From: Hemiscyllium ocellatum
Lineage: Eukaryota
DNA: 64,000 nt
Reading direction: 5' to 3'
Assembly (NCBI RefSeq): GCF_020745735.1
Contig: NC_083448.1
Coordinates: forward strand, 19,342,006 to 19,406,005
Numbering within the stretch: the first letter of the stretch is position 1; each line of letters starts with the position of its first letter. The notes under the pieces were generated by a model. The model had not been told where the DNA came from and did no database searches. It was given only the letters and a program-made list of their open reading frames with translations. The position numbers were made by a program, and so were the translations under genes. Shown here one piece after another: positions 1-12,892 of the stretch.

Positions 1-149
1 AAGCTGGTTCAATCAGGGAGCCCTGGCTGATAGATAAGAACAGGAGTCTCACAGAGTCTGTTCACTCTGAGAGTTGCCTCTGAGGAAGTGTCAAGTACAA
101 TGCATAAAGGGTGGCTTGATGGGATTCCAGCCTCTGTGGTGTTATTTCA
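1..149 (+). mobile_element. 3' part of an LTR (short ~236-bp family), truncated by the window edge
   Basis: Homologous to the reverse complement of the solo LTR at 44688-44923; ends in ...GTTATTTCA with a polyA-signal-like 'cataaagggtggc' upstream. Confidence 0.65.
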
Positions 150-954
150 GTTCAGAATGTTGTTTTTGTATGTTTCAGTCCCTCAAAGAAATAGCTGCCT
201 CAGTTGTCATGACCATCCTACTGTGTGTGTCTAACTGACATCATTTCTGTCACACTTTGCTGTGCCCAGCTTTAAAATCTGGTTTATTCCATTCTGTATT
301 GCCAAGGTTACACATTCACCTCCTGACACTGTCTTATTCACAGTCCTCCCTGCTGTGATAAGAAGCCTGTCTGGAAGCACTATGTGACTCTCTCGAATGC
401 GTTTCAAACAAGCACAACAATTTCTCACATCATGTCTTTAACAATAGTGGATTGCCCTCAGGCGTTGAACTGGACCATAGTCAACACTGAGTCACAGAAC
501 ATAAATTGCAGCAGGATTGGTCCAATCAGCCTTGCAGCTAGCTCTGCCATTCAACAAGATCAGGGCTGATTGTGACAGTTTACTTTCCTGCCTGCCCACC
601 ACAACCCATTTCCATGTGTGCCAAAATAGATCCACCTTAGCCTTGAATATATTATGCAATCTACCGCACTGCACCATCGGAAAGAATTCCAAAATCTGTC
701 AGCCCTCTGAAATTCTTCCTCCTCTTCTTCTTTCATGGGAGATCTCTCATTTTTAAAACTGCCCCAAACTGAAAATGCCCCTGTAAGGGGAAGCATCGAC
801 CAGGTTAAACCTCCTCAGGACTTCGGCTTCACATCTAGGATCCAATGAGTAAAGTCCAAACATGTTTAACGTTTCTTATTGGACAATTTCTTCATTATAG
901 CAAGCAATCTGGTAGATAGCAGTGTCAGAAACTCCGACTCGAGTTCTGAGTCAA

Positions 955-1900
955 AGCCCTTGAAGCTGCAGATACCAACATTCAATGGCGTTAACTTCAC
1001 TGAATCCCCACTGTCAACACCGGAGGATTCCCACCAACCATCAACTGAATTGGAAGAACCATATATGTACCGCCGGCTACAAGAGTAGGTCAGAGGCTAG
1101 GAATCTTTGACAGAGTAACCCACTCCCTGACTCCCCATATCTTGTTCACCACCTAAAAGGCACAAGTCAGCAGCGTGATGGAAAACTCCCTGTTTGCCTG
1201 GATGAGTGCAGCTCCAACAACACCCATTCAAGACAAAGCACCCACTTGATTGTCACTATAATCAAAAACATTCACTCCTTCAACCAGTGATGCATTCTCG
1301 CAGCAGTGTGTATTACCTGCAAGATGCACAGCAGAAAATCACCGAGGATCCAAAGAAAGAACTTTCCAAACCTACAACTGTTACTATCTATAAGGCCAAG
1401 AGCACCTGACAGATAGGTACATGACCACCTGCAAGTTCCCCTCCAAACACTCACCATCCTGACTTGGAAATATATTGCAGTTTGTTCAGTGTCACGGAGT
1501 CAAACTTCAGTCACTCTCTCCCTCAAGGTATTCTTCAAAGTTCAAGAAAGCAGCTCATCAGCACCTTATCAAGGGCAGGTTGGCTTGAACAATAAATGGT
1601 GGCCCAACCAGCAACACCCCCAATCCATGGATGAAGAAAAAAGAAAGCATAATGCCATGAATACAGGAAATGTGAATAATCAGATATGGCAGCATCTATG
1701 GAGGGAGGAACTGAATTACTGCTTTGAGTCCCGTGATGCTGGAACTACCTCCCTCAGGGAATTGTGGGTGGACCACCAACAATTGAGCTGCAGAGGTTCA
1801 AGAAGGCACTGCACCACCATCTTCACAAGGGGAACCCGGGATAGGCAATAAACGCTGGACTAGTCAGCGGCAGCCATGTCCCATGGGTAAAGAATGATCC
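955..1900 (+). mobile_element. APE-RT LINE 3' fragment (CR1/L2-group, non-HER1 family)
   Basis: Degenerate RT C-terminal sequence ending in the tail 'ggcaataaacgctggactagtcagc...gtcccatg'; the same family recurs at 2261-2649, 3457-4095 and 6600-6790. Confidence 0.7.
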
Positions 1901-1933
1901 AGGATAAAGTAACCTGGGTTATTTGAAAAAAAA

Positions 1934-2260
1934 GGGCGGCACGGTGGCACAGTGGTTAGCACTGCTGCCTCACAGCGCCTGAGACCCGGGTTCAATTCCC
2001 GACTCAGGCAACTGACTGTGTGGAGTTTGCACGTTCTCCCCGTGTCTGCGTGGGTTTCCTCCGGGTGCTCCGGTTTCCTCCCACAGTCCAAAGATGTGCG
2101 GGTCAGGTGAATTGGCCATGCTAAATTGCCCGTAGTGTTAGGTAAGGGGTAAATGTAGGGGTATGGGTGGGTTGCGCTTCGGCGGGTCGGTGTGGACTTG
2201 TTGGGCCGAAGGGCCTGTTTCCACACTGTAAGTAATCTAATCTAATCTAATCTAATCTAA
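1934..2260 (+). mobile_element. HE1-type tRNA-derived SINE (V-SINE), full length and young
   Basis: tRNA-like head 'ggcggcacggtggcacagtggttagc...gggttcaattccc', V-domain-like core, CR1-like 3' end 'gggccgaagggcctgtttccacactg', (CTAAT)n tail; CpGs retained. Confidence 0.93.
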
Positions 2261-2649
2261 CCCACTTGACTGGCACTGCATTCACAAATATCTCCCTCCA
2301 ACATTTATGCTCAGTAGCAGCAGTGTGTAATATTTACAAGATGCACTGCAGAAACTCAGCAAGGCTCCTTAGACATGATGTTCCAAACCCTGAGGAAGCG
2401 TCACTCCATCGGAAACGTTTACTCTGATTTCTCTTCACAGCTGCCAGACCTGCTGAGCTTTGTTTCTGATTCACAACATCAGCTTTCACCTTCCAAACCC
2501 ACAACCACTTCCATTGAGAAAAAGGGCAGCAGATACATGGGAACACCACCAGTTGCAGGTCCCCTTCTAAGCCATTTACCATCATTGCCATTCCTTTATT
2601 GTTCCTGGGTCATAATCCTGGAACTCCCTTTCTAATAACACTACACCTA
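2261..2649 (+). mobile_element. APE-RT LINE fragment (same family as 955-1900), host of the PLE insertion at 2650
   Basis: Sequence parallels 1230-1560 and resumes after the PLE at about 3457. Confidence 0.65.
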
Positions 2650-2686
2650 GGGTGTAGGTTTGCTCGCTGAGCTGTAGGTTTGATAT

Positions 2687-2726
2687 CCAGACGTTTCATT
2701 ACCTGTCTAGGTAACATCATCAGTGG
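2687..2726 (-). ncRNA. Minimal hammerhead ribozyme motif in a PLE terminal repeat
   Basis: Reverse strand reads cca-CTGATGA-t-GTTACCT-agac-AGGTAAT-GAAACGTC-tgg: core boxes, stem II and a 3-bp stem I are all present. Confidence 0.75.
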
Positions 2727-3337
2727 CAACCTCCAAGTGAAGGGAAGCTGTCGTCTCCTGCTTTCTATTTATATCTTTCTCCTGGATGGGGTTCCTGGGG
2801 TTTGTGGTGATGTCATTTCCTGTCCGTTTTCTGAGGGGTTGATAGATGGTATCTAGATCTATGTGTTTGTTTATGGTGTTGTGGTTGGAGTGCCAGGCCT
2901 CTAGGAATTCTTTGGCATGTCTTTGCTTAGCTTGTCCCAGGATAGATGTGCTGTCCCAGTCGAAATGGTGGTTTTTTTCATTCATGTGTAGGGTTATGAG
3001 GGAGAGGGGGTCGTGTCTTTTTGTGGCTAGCTGGTGTTCGTGTATCCTGGTGGCTAACTTTCTTCCTGTTTGTCCTACGTAGTGTTTGTGGCAGTCCTTG
3101 CATGGAATTTTGTAGATGACGTTGGTTTTGTTCATGGGTTGTACTGGGTCTTTTAAGTCTTTTAGGCCTGGCACTCCAATCACAATGCCATAAACAAACA
3201 CATAGATCTAGATACCATCTATCAACTCCTCAGAAAACGGACAGGAAATGACATCACCACAAACCCCAGGAACCCCATCCAGGAGAAAGATATAAATAGC
3301 AAGCAGGAGACGACAGCTTCCCTTCACTTGGAGGTCG

Positions 3338-3377
3338 CCACTGATGATGTTACCTAGCCAGGTAATGAAACGTCTGG
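3338..3377 (+). ncRNA. Minimal hammerhead ribozyme motif in a PLE terminal repeat
   Basis: cca-CTGATGA-t-GTTACCT-agcc-AGGTAAT-GAAACGTC-tgg; palindromic ACGT replaces stem III. Confidence 0.75.
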
Positions 3378-3456
3378 ATATCAAACCTACAGCTCAGCGA
3401 GCAAACCTACACCCTAAACCTCAACCTGAGCTACAAACCTTCACAAACCTTACACA

Positions 3457-4095
3457 TACACCTAATGGATTGCAGTGGTCCAAACAAATGGATCAGATCT
3501 CAGCTCTGCAGTCCTGCCACATTCCATCATGAATGGTGGTGGGCAATCAAACACCCACTGTAGGAGGAAGCTTCACGAATATCTCCATCCTCAGTGATGA
3601 GGGTCTCCATACATCAGTGCAAAAGATAAGGCTGAAGCATTCACAACAAACAGAAGTACTGATGAGATAATCCAGCTCAGCCTCCTCTGGATGTCACTTG
3701 AGTCACAGATACCAGTCTTTAGCCAATTCAGTTCTCACCACAAGATATCAAGAAATGGCTGACGGTACTGGATACTGCAAAAACTATGGGCCCTGACAAC
3801 ATTCCAGCAAGAGGACTGAAGGCATGAGCTCTGGAAAGCACAGCTCCCTGAGCCAAGTTATTCTTGTATAGCTTCACAGTGGCACGTACGCAACAATGTA
3901 GAAAACTGTCCAGGGATGTCCTGTACTCAAAAGCAGCACAGATCAAACCCAGCTAATTACTGCACTATTTATCAAATCTTGCTCATCAGTGAAGTGATGG
4001 AAGGTGTCACCAACAGCACAAACAAACAGAACTTGCTCAGCAATGACCTAATCTCTGAGATCCAGTTGAGGTTCTGCCAGAGCCACTCAGTTCTA
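3457..4095 (+). mobile_element. APE-RT LINE fragments including the EN-RT linker and RT N-terminus
   Basis: Degenerate translation 'DIKKWLTVLDTAKTMGPDNIP...RSNPANYCTI' matches the LINE KAxGPDxIP...NYRPISL motifs. Confidence 0.7.
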
Positions 4096-4730
4096 GGCTT
4101 TTATTCCTAATTTATTCTGGACACCAGTAACACACAGGCAGTTCTGACAACAGCCTTTACCAGATGTTCTTTATTAAAGAAAAGTCTCCTTCAAAAACTA
4201 TTGCAAACATCTTGTCCATACAATACGGTCAATCACAAGTTCATCCGTTGACATGGTCTTATTGAAGATCAGGCCAGATAGGTGGTCAGCCTGCTCTGTC
4301 CCATCTTCTAGCTTCTGATCAGATGATCGTTTCCCTCAGCGAGCTAAATTGTGCTGTGAATCAATTTTTTTCATACCTTTTTGCCACACAGACAAGCTGT
4401 GTTTTCAAATGCTCACATTGTCCAGTCTTCAGCAAATGATAAAGTTGACCACTGACAAACATCACAAATGTGTCATTTCCCATGACGAGTTGACTTAATT
4501 AACTGATTTGGACTTGCTTGTGTTTCCATGGAAACATCCGTATTTCTTGCTTTTAATGAACTTCAACCTCAATAGTAGCTTGCTCATGCTTTGTCTCATC
4601 CAATTATTTGTGCCATACTTAATTGAAATTCAGCAGATAATTCACATTATTGCATCTGATTCACTGTATCTGTTTCAAACAAGGGTTTTTCCAGAGTTAC
4701 AGTCATTATTTGCTGAGTTATAAGAGTTGA

Positions 4731-4871
4731 TGGAAATTGGCCATGCTCAATTGCCCACAGTGTTAGGTGAAGGGGTAAATGTAGGGGAATGGGTCTGGGT
4801 GGGTTAGGCTTCAGCCGGTCAGTATGGACTTGTTGGGCCGAAGAGCCTGCTTCCACACTGTAAGTAATCTA
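4731..4871 (+). mobile_element. HE1 SINE 3' half
   Basis: Matches 2100-2240 including the 'ccacactgtaagtaatctaa' tail. Confidence 0.85.
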
Positions 4872-5386
4872 ACTTTGGTGAGACCTCTTCTGGAATACTA
4901 TGTTGAGTTCTGGTCACCCAGTTATGAGAAGGATGTTATTAAACAGAAGAGATTTACGAGGACGTTGTTGATGGATAGCTGGGACTTTTTTCACTGGAAC
5001 ATAGGAGGTTGAAAGTCGACTGTCGAGAGTTTTATAGAGTAATGAGGGGCATAGACAGAGCTAATGGTAGTTATCTTTTGCCTGAGATTGGGGATTTCAA
5101 GATTAGAGGTGGGCATTTTTAAGGTGAGAGGAGAGAGATTTAAAAAAGACAATACAGCATTTTCTTTTTACACAGAGGGTGGAGTGCATGTGAAATGAAC
5201 TTCCTGAGGGAGTGGTGGATATCGGTATAATTACAATGTTGAAAAGATATCCAACAGCACATGAATAGAAAAGGTTTGGTGGCAGATGTACCAAGAGGAG
5301 GCAGGTGGCTCCAGTTTAGGCTGGGATTATGATCAGCATGGACTGGTGGACTGAAGGGTTTGGTCCTGTGCTGGATGACTCTATGA
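4872..5386 (+). mobile_element. CR1 (HER1-like) LINE 3' fragment
   Basis: 'LVRPLLEYYVEFWSPSYEKDVIK' CR1 ORF2 C-terminal motif followed by CR1 3' UTR. Confidence 0.85.
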
Positions 5387-5649
5387 GGTCTCATCAACAC
5401 CTGTACAGTGATCAAAGAAGTTTCCGGTCACAATCTTCCATTGCTCTTGCATTAAACAATATCATTCTATCCTGAACTGTTTCTGTGCCTGCATACTACC
5501 TTTATGTGATTCATGTACCAGGGCACTCAGATCCCTCTGCATCACCACCATCACCATTTTGCAATCTCTCTCCATTCTATTCGTCCTCAAAGTGTACAAA
5601 CTTATATCTCCTCACAATATTCCATTTGCTATTTTTTTTTACTAACAAC

Positions 5650-6489
5650 CTGTCTGCAGTATATCATTTGCAGGCATTTTACCTCAGAATACAATGGGAC
5701 CTTGATCAGATGGGCTGATGTATCAAGGAGTGGCAGATTTAATTTAGATCAATGTGGGAAGGCAAGTTAGAGCAGGACTTCTAATCCTAATGGTAAGATC
5801 CTGAAGAGTGTTGCTCAACAAAGACCTTGGAGTGCAGGTTCATATTTCCTTGAAAGAGGAGTTGCAAATAGGCAGGATCATGAAGAAGGCGTTTGGTACA
5901 CTTGTCGTTATTGTTCAGTGTTTGGGAGGTCACATTGTGGCTACACAGGACATTGATTCAGTGACATTCAAGTTCTGGTCTCCTTGCTAGGGTGGATGCT
6001 GGGAAACTAAAAGGGTTCAGAAAAGATTTACAAGGATGCGGCCAGGGGATGAGGGTTTGAGCTATAGGGAGAGGCTGGGGCTATTTTCCCTGGAACGTCA
6101 GAGGCTGAGGGGTGTCGTTACAGAGGTTTTAGAAAATCATGAGGGGCGTGGATGGGGTGAATAGCCAAGATCTTTTCCCCAGGGAAGGTAGTCCAAAACT
6201 AGAGGTCATGGGTTGAAGGTGAGAGGGGCAAGATTTAAAAAGGATGTAAAGGGCAACTTTTATATGTAGAGGGTAGTACGTGTATGGAATGAGCTGCCAG
6301 AAGAAGTAGTGGAGGCTGGTACAATGACAACATTTAAGCATGTAGATGGGTTTATGAACAAGAAGGCTTTAGGGGGATATGGGCCAAATGCTTGCAGATG
6401 GGACTAGATTATTTTCAGATAGCTTGTCGGTATGGATGAGTTGGACCGAAGAGTCTGTTTCCCTTCTGCACAGCTGTATGGCTCTGTGA
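5650..6489 (+). mobile_element. CR1 LINE 3' fragment
   Basis: 'KDLGVQVH..KKAFG' motifs and the 3' UTR 'gagttggaccgaagagtctgtttcc'. Confidence 0.85.
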
Positions 6490-7009
6490 CCCTAACTCTC
6501 TATTTCCAGATCTGATGGCCTACAGACTTCTTTCCTTTTTCTCTTTCCTGGATTTCTTAACAATCATTTTCAACACAAGTTCATTTTGATCATGACATTC
6601 ATCTTTGCTCTTGATCAAGCTCCTGCTAATATCCTGTACGAGCTGTGTCCCTTGCCAGGCTTTTCCAGTACAGCTCCAACACTGGCATGTGCACAGCCAA
6701 GTGGAAAATTGCTCAGGTACAGCCTGTCCTCAAAATGCAGGACAGATCCAACCTACCCATAAATGCACCTTTGTTAACGTTGTACAAAGCTAGGGGATGA
6801 AAAATCAGAAAGAAGCAAAAATAACAATTTGGAGGACTCCAGACATAATTGTCCAAGAACAAGGGAGAAAGGCATTGTCAGTAATGTTACATCTTTAACT
6901 GAAACAGAAATCACTGGAGAAACTTAGCATCTGTAGAAAGAAAACAAAGTTAACATTTTGAGTGCAGTAACCCTCTTCAGAATTTCAGAATTATGACAAC
7001 AAGAAATTA

Positions 7010-7335
7010 GGTGGTACTTGTTTTCCTTGCAGCAGAGGAGCCTGAGTGGGGTTATCATTGAAATCTGCAAAATTAGGAGAGGCACAGACCGGGTAAACAG
7101 GTAAAAACAATTCCCCTCGATGGAGGGACCAATGACTATGGACACAGCTTTACACCATGGGACAGAATGTTTAAAGAAGACATGAAGACCTTCTACTTCA
7201 CCAACAGGATGGTGGGAATCTGGAACTTGGTGCCTACAAAGTGATAGAGACAGAAATCCTCGTAACATTTAAGAAGCCATGTCAAGGCATCCAAGGTATT
7301 GTCCAACTGCAAGGAAATGCAACGAGAAAAGTTTG
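7010..7335 (+). mobile_element. Degenerate CR1 3' fragment
   Basis: Resembles the CR1 'ctgaggggtgac...ttcacccagagggtggtggga..tggaac' block. Confidence 0.6.
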
Positions 7336-8177
7336 GTGCTTGTTTTTCACTGGTGCAGACATGATGGTCTGACAAGCTTTCTTCTGTGCTGTGGATCTCT
7401 ACCATCTTATGGCACTGTTACTGTAGTTACTAGAGATCTTATTTTCAACAAGGTAATGATGAGTGGCTCAGACAATATCTTGTTTTATTTGGTCTTCAAC
7501 TCCTGAAAACAAAGCCTGACAAAAAGGACTGTTCAGCTGATCGCTCCCATCTCTGAAAGACAAACCTCTGTTGAGTTGAGACTGAAAATTAGTTTTTTCT
7601 CCTGAAAGATTGAATGAACATTTCAAGATGGCATTTTCTGAGCAAGCTAGGTCTCTCAAAACACCAGAGAAAACTATGCATGATTATTGACTTGAAGAAT
7701 ATATGCCAGTACTTTAAAGTGTGAGACGTTGGAACATGTTCTGCTTCAAGAACAACCTATTGGTCAAAGTGTTTGTTTTTCAGAAAGTCAGTCTCTACAG
7801 AAAAATCTTTTGTCATTTCTTTCCTCAAGAGAATGTATGTATTGTGCATGTGTTTACACATATGATTTCAGGATATTTATTAGACAAGCATTTATAATTT
7901 CATGTGACTGAGTATTTTCAATAACTCTTGCATCTTCATTGAAAAAAAATTGCTTTTGTCATAAAGTAAAAATATAGTTGACATAAAGGTATTTAATTGG
8001 CCATCTGAGCACCCAGGTAAGGTCTTCTTTTATTTTATGGCCCATGAGACGAGGGCAATAATGCACCCCTCTTTGTTATAACCCTTACATGTACAACCTC
8101 TCATCTGATAAATCCAAACTTCTGCTATACACTTCTGCTCAATCTCGGGATTATTTTACTGACCTAGTCAAAGACCA

Positions 8178-8500
8178 AAGAACAAAGAAGGAAGCACAAT
8201 ACAGAACAGGAACAGGCCCTTCAGCCCTTCTAGCCTGCACCACCACATTTTGCCCTTCAATGCTAAAACTGTCTTCACTAACAGGATCCGTATCTCTCTA
8301 TTCCCTTCCTATTCATGTATTCGTCCAGCTGCTTCTTGAATGCTGCTGTTGTGTCTGCTTTCACCGCCTCCTCTGGCAGCATGTTCCAGGTACTTACCAC
8401 ACTTTGTGTGAAAAACATTCCTCGCACATCTTCTTTTAAATTTTCATCCTCACACCTTCAGCCAGTAATTGACCCTTCCTTCCTGGGGAAAAGCCTCATA
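8178..8500 (-). mobile_element. CR1 3' end
   Basis: Reverse-complement CR1 UTR 'aggaacaggcccttcagccc...atgttccaggtacttaccacactttgtgtgaaaaac'. Confidence 0.75.
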
Positions 8501-8584
8501 TTCTTAAGAAAGAGCTTGCATTTACATGGTATCTTTTAAAACTTCAGCATATCATCAAGTGTTTCATGATAAACTGAAGACCTT

Positions 8585-9055
8585 GAAGTATAGTCGCTGC
8601 TGTAATGGAAGAAACATAAATGATAAATTATACAATAGCAGTGTGACTATAATGATAAGCTTTTTAAAAATGACATCCAATGTGGTTTTTGGTCATACAT
8701 TCCCTGTTCTTCTCGAAGCAATAGGTGTGGGATACCTCATGTCTACTGGAGAAAGCAAACAATTCCTCAGTTTCACATTTCATTTGAGAGTCGAAAGTGC
8801 AGTGCTGCCTCAGTACTGATCCTTTGACAGTGCAGAACTCTATCAGTTAATACTCCAACAGTGCAGTATTCCCTTAATGCTTATTCTTCAAGAGTGCAGT
8901 GCACCTCAGCACTGACCCTCCAACATTACTTCAAAGCACTGTTCTTCCAATAGTGTAGCATCTCCTCTGTATTGACCCTCCAACAATGCATTATGATCTC
9001 AGTCTGAATCCTCTGGAGGTTGAAACCACAATCTTCAGACTCAGAAGTGTTATCA
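8585..9055 (-). mobile_element. DeuSINE/SacSINE1-like SINE with an internal degenerate ~27-30 bp tandem repeat
   Basis: tRNA-like head (reverse of 'gaaaccacaatcttcagactcagaagtg'), repeated 'cagtgcagcactccctcagtactgaccctcc'-like units at about 8800-8990, L2-like tail. Confidence 0.65.
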
Positions 9056-11559
9056 CAGATTTTGTTATATATTGTTAAATTTATCCAACGTTAAATGCAC
9101 TTGCAACTCTGCGTTCTTATTCTTTCAAAACATATTGCTGTTGAAAATGTAAGTTCAATCTGCATCCCATGTCATACAGCGATTTATAGTGCTTTAAAGA
9201 TTGTTCAACGATATCATCTTAAATTCCCTTCTGAAACGAAACATTCAGCCTTCTCATGATCTTTTCACCCAAATTTAAAATACTTGTTCACGTTTTTCCA
9301 ACTCCGTTTAATAATAGGCGTGACGAACACAGTGTCAGGCTGGAGCTGAACTGGAGCACACTTGTCTGACAACCTGTGAACTGGTTTCACTGACTGGGAA
9401 AATATAAAAATATCAACACTGCGTCTCCGAATGTAGATTAGGCCCCAGAGAATCTAGCGGGATTGGTGTTCAGTTCACGTAAGCCCATTAAATCACACCA
9501 CATTAACTGCACATTTTCTACACCATCTTTAAGAATCAGACTGCAAAACCATTGAAAGATGGAATCATGTTAAACGATGCATGTTCCTGTTCAGGCAATA
9601 CTTACCTCAGTCGTTTTCAAAGAAGGACCCAAAAAATGAAAATGATCAATAATTGTATAATTTTTTAAAATTAAATTTATGAGGCTCCTTTGACTGCACC
9701 TTTCTCTACCACCAAGAAGCAAACGGACAGATATTCATGGGAACACCACCAATGACAAATTCCCCTCCAAGTCATGTACTGTTTTGATTTAGAAATATAT
9801 CGGTTTCCCTTCACTGGGTCAAAATCTTGGAACTCCCTCCCTCACAGCATCCCACGAATGCATCAAAATCTCAAAAACTATAGTAATTTATGAAGGTAGC
9901 TCAACACCATTTTTTCAAGGATAATTAACAACTCTTTTTTTGGCCCACCCTGTGTTCTGCACACCACATGAATTAATACATTTTTACGAAGGCATTGTGT
10001 CTCAGAATATTAAAAAATTGGGTAAAATTTTGAAATGACCCAAAGTTTGAACAGAACGTTTGAGGGCATTTCACAGAGACCTTGAATTCTGGGGACCCAT
10101 GTTTGAAAGACAATGCCCTATCCAGAAGCATTCAAAGTGCATTCATACTAAAATTTCCCAAAATCAAAAATGGAAATTATGATCACAGAGGTGATGAATA
10201 AGAAATGTTGCTCCCTTATGTGGAACTGTTAGAATTTCTTAGAAGCTGCTCTTCCAATGACAGCTTAATGCTGAACTCATCAGTAATAAACACAGGGGTG
10301 GGGGAAGAAACTGTCTGCTTTGTGGGAGCAGCAAGATGATATATGATGGCAGAGAGAGGCTGGTGGTGGAACCGGGGAAAAGCTGCCTGAGTTGTCAGGC
10401 CGGGGGTGGTGGGGAGGAACAAAAGCCATAGTGTGTGAAGTGAAGAGATGGAGGTTTCAGTTGGGGAAGACAGGAAGAGGAAAGGGAGGCAGCAAGGAAT
10501 GGAGAGAGATGCTGCAATCGGTAAGAGAAGGGCGATGGCAAGGGGAGAAAGATGAAAGCTGCAAGATGGGGAAAGTTTGCTATCGAGTTTGAAAAGGAGG
10601 GGACAGAGAGTGGCTTGAAAGTGGAGAGAACAATTTTAAACTGGTCATTTAAATATTCAACTTAGTAAGATCCAGGGAAAAAACAAAGTGACCAAGGGAA
10701 TGAACATCAGCAAACAAATGTGGAATCTCATGCTTAAAGCTGCTTTAGTTTAACGAAGTAGTGAATGACCATTGGGAATATTGATTTTTCTATTGGTTCT
10801 ACTTGTGTAAATTCCAGTCCAAACTTCTCATGTGTTAACATCAATACAGAAAATAATGTTCCTACTTGACTGCAGCACCAAATAAAGGAGCCAGTGAGAA
10901 TTTAAAAAGAGCCCTGGAAAACCAAAAATTAGTGCAAGCAAATCAAAAATTAACCCTGAAGAAAATTTCAAGAAGTGCCTTTAAAAAGATAAGATTTGAC
11001 CTCTCCGATGCAGTTCACACTGGGTTTCTGCCTGGAATCAGAGTCCCAGTTGGAATTAAATAATGTCAAATAAATTTCAGCTGAGTTTGCAATTGGGAAT
11101 TCAGAGCTTGCTGGAAATCACAACAATTTCGTTCATTCTTGAACAGTGGCTTGGTATTCAATTACAGAATAAACAGACCTTGGGGGTCGAATGAATCTGA
11201 TTGTAGTTAGTCAGCTGATTCCCAAAACCCCACAGAGCTGTGAATTGGTTTGTTGGTCCCACTCGATGGCTTATTAAAATTGATCAGAAGGAAAGGCAAT
11301 TGCTGTTCACTGCAGTTTGCAGTCTGCATCCTACTTTAAGACATTGTGTGATCAACTAAACCAGGCCAACATGAAAAAGGCCTGACTGCCCCTTGAGACT
11401 CCACGCAACACATATTCCAAGCAAACTGGCACTGCCTCTGTTCAATTGATATTAGGTCAAATGCTTTGCTTTATTATATGTGGCTGGAGGCGATGGACTT
11501 AATTTAGATCTGATATTTACATTAAAGGAGCAGAATAACAACTGAAAAATGTTATGTCT

Positions 11560-11943
11560 CTGTTTACATATCCTTTACACAGACAGATCTTTGGCATCCA
11601 GGTATTCCAGTGACTTGACAGGTGGTCTTGCCCAGGAGTGGTATGTCACGGCCCCACATGGCAGTCTTCTTTGGTAGCTGCTCCCGTCCCAGCATTCCTA
11701 CAGCCCAGAATGGCAGTCTTGTCTCAGCTGAACCCTCAGGGCATTGCATCATTCCTTAATCAGCTTTCCCCGAACCCAGCAGCTGTTCACTGAATTGGGA
11801 TGAACTTTGTCTTAATCCTTTTTTAACTATTATGTGTCATTGATATCGGCAGCGTGGTGAGGGTGACTTGTAAAATCTTTCACTGTATTTTTCATGTAAA
11901 TGTACACATGACAATAAAGTTGTATTCTGTTCTATTCTATTCG
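11560..11943 (+). mobile_element. 3' end of an L2/Rex-type LINE
   Basis: Ends 'tttcactgta...gtacacatgacaataaagttgtattctgttctattctattc', a polyA signal plus an (ATTCT)n tail typical of these LINEs. Confidence 0.5.
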
Positions 11944-12517
11944 ATCAATCTCCTCTGTTACATTACTGACTGTCACACTCTACTACCTGCAGAAAAGGAG
12001 TCTGAAAGCAGATAAGACAGATAACACTGGCCAGAATTTACTAGCAATTAAAGTCACACTTAGCAGTTTCTAATTAGCTGCTGTGACCAGATTTGCCTTG
12101 AAGAGACAGACCTGACATCTGTAAAGTATGGATACAATGCAAGTTTCTATTTTCTCTCTTGTATTTGATCAGGTATTGGAGAAAGCCCACACAGTCACGT
12201 TTCCTTCATCAGCAACTGTCACGGCTTCAACACTTACTTTCTCAGCTCCCTTGGATGTCTTCTGAGTCCTGACTCCACCCCTTAGCAGCCTCCTAATTTC
12301 TAAAACCGTTTCCTATGTTTTGTTTTGAAGCAGCACAAAGCCTTTCAACTGTTCTACACTCCTCACTGAGCCACCAACTACTCAGTGTTGCTCGGCTGCC
12401 TTCCATGCAGGATAGCTGAAAATTTGCATTTTGAACATGGTGGATATTCATCTCTCCTTTCCACACTCAGTGATATTCAGACCCTGTCTGTCTAATTTGA
12501 ATTCCTGATCAGTCACC

Positions 12518-12846
12518 TGTTATGGACTCCCTCAACACATTTCAAGAAGGTAGCCCAGACCCTAACTTTTCTGGTTGCATAAGTTGGCTTACAGTGAATG
12601 ATCCAGGAGTGATTCAGCTGGCCCAACCACTCAGTTTATCAACGAAACAGAATTCATTCATGCATGAACAAAAGAAAACCAAATTTAGAATAACATAACT
12701 AGTTGAAAACTCAATTGATTCTATCGCAACTTGACGCTGCTCTTCCAAACACATGCGACATCTCCATAAACGTCCCCTTGGCAAAAAAAGAAAAAATCAA
12801 ACACAGATTTTTACAGGAGAGATGTCAATGTGTGTGTGTGTGAGAC

Positions 12847-12892
<46 letters not shown>

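Larger units (their letters stand above)
2650..3456 (-). mobile_element. Penelope-like element (Poseidon-type) GIY-YIG 3' fragment with an inverted terminal copy
   Basis: ORF 2707-3201(-) 'KTNVIYKIPCKDCHKHYVGQTGRKLATRIHEH' is a GIY-YIG endonuclease; about 3180-3450(+) is an inverted copy of 2650-2905; candidate TSD 'tacaccta' at 2642-2649 and 3457-3464. Confidence 0.9.

Noticed and set aside
231-428. Minus ORF MRNCCACLKRIRESHIVLPDRLL... as an exon
   Set aside because: No convincing splice signals or recognisable homology; the length is within chance expectation.
1934-2010. tRNA gene
   Set aside because: It is the tRNA-derived head of an HE1 SINE, continuing into SINE core and tail; the same applies to the other HE1 copies.
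1864-2226. Recurrent 'MWKQALRPNKSTPTRR' ORF (also at 43147 and 52788) as a gene family
   Set aside because: Antisense translation of HE1 SINE copies.
10866-11063. Lys-rich plus ORF
   Set aside because: A-rich composition explains the open frame; no motif recognised.
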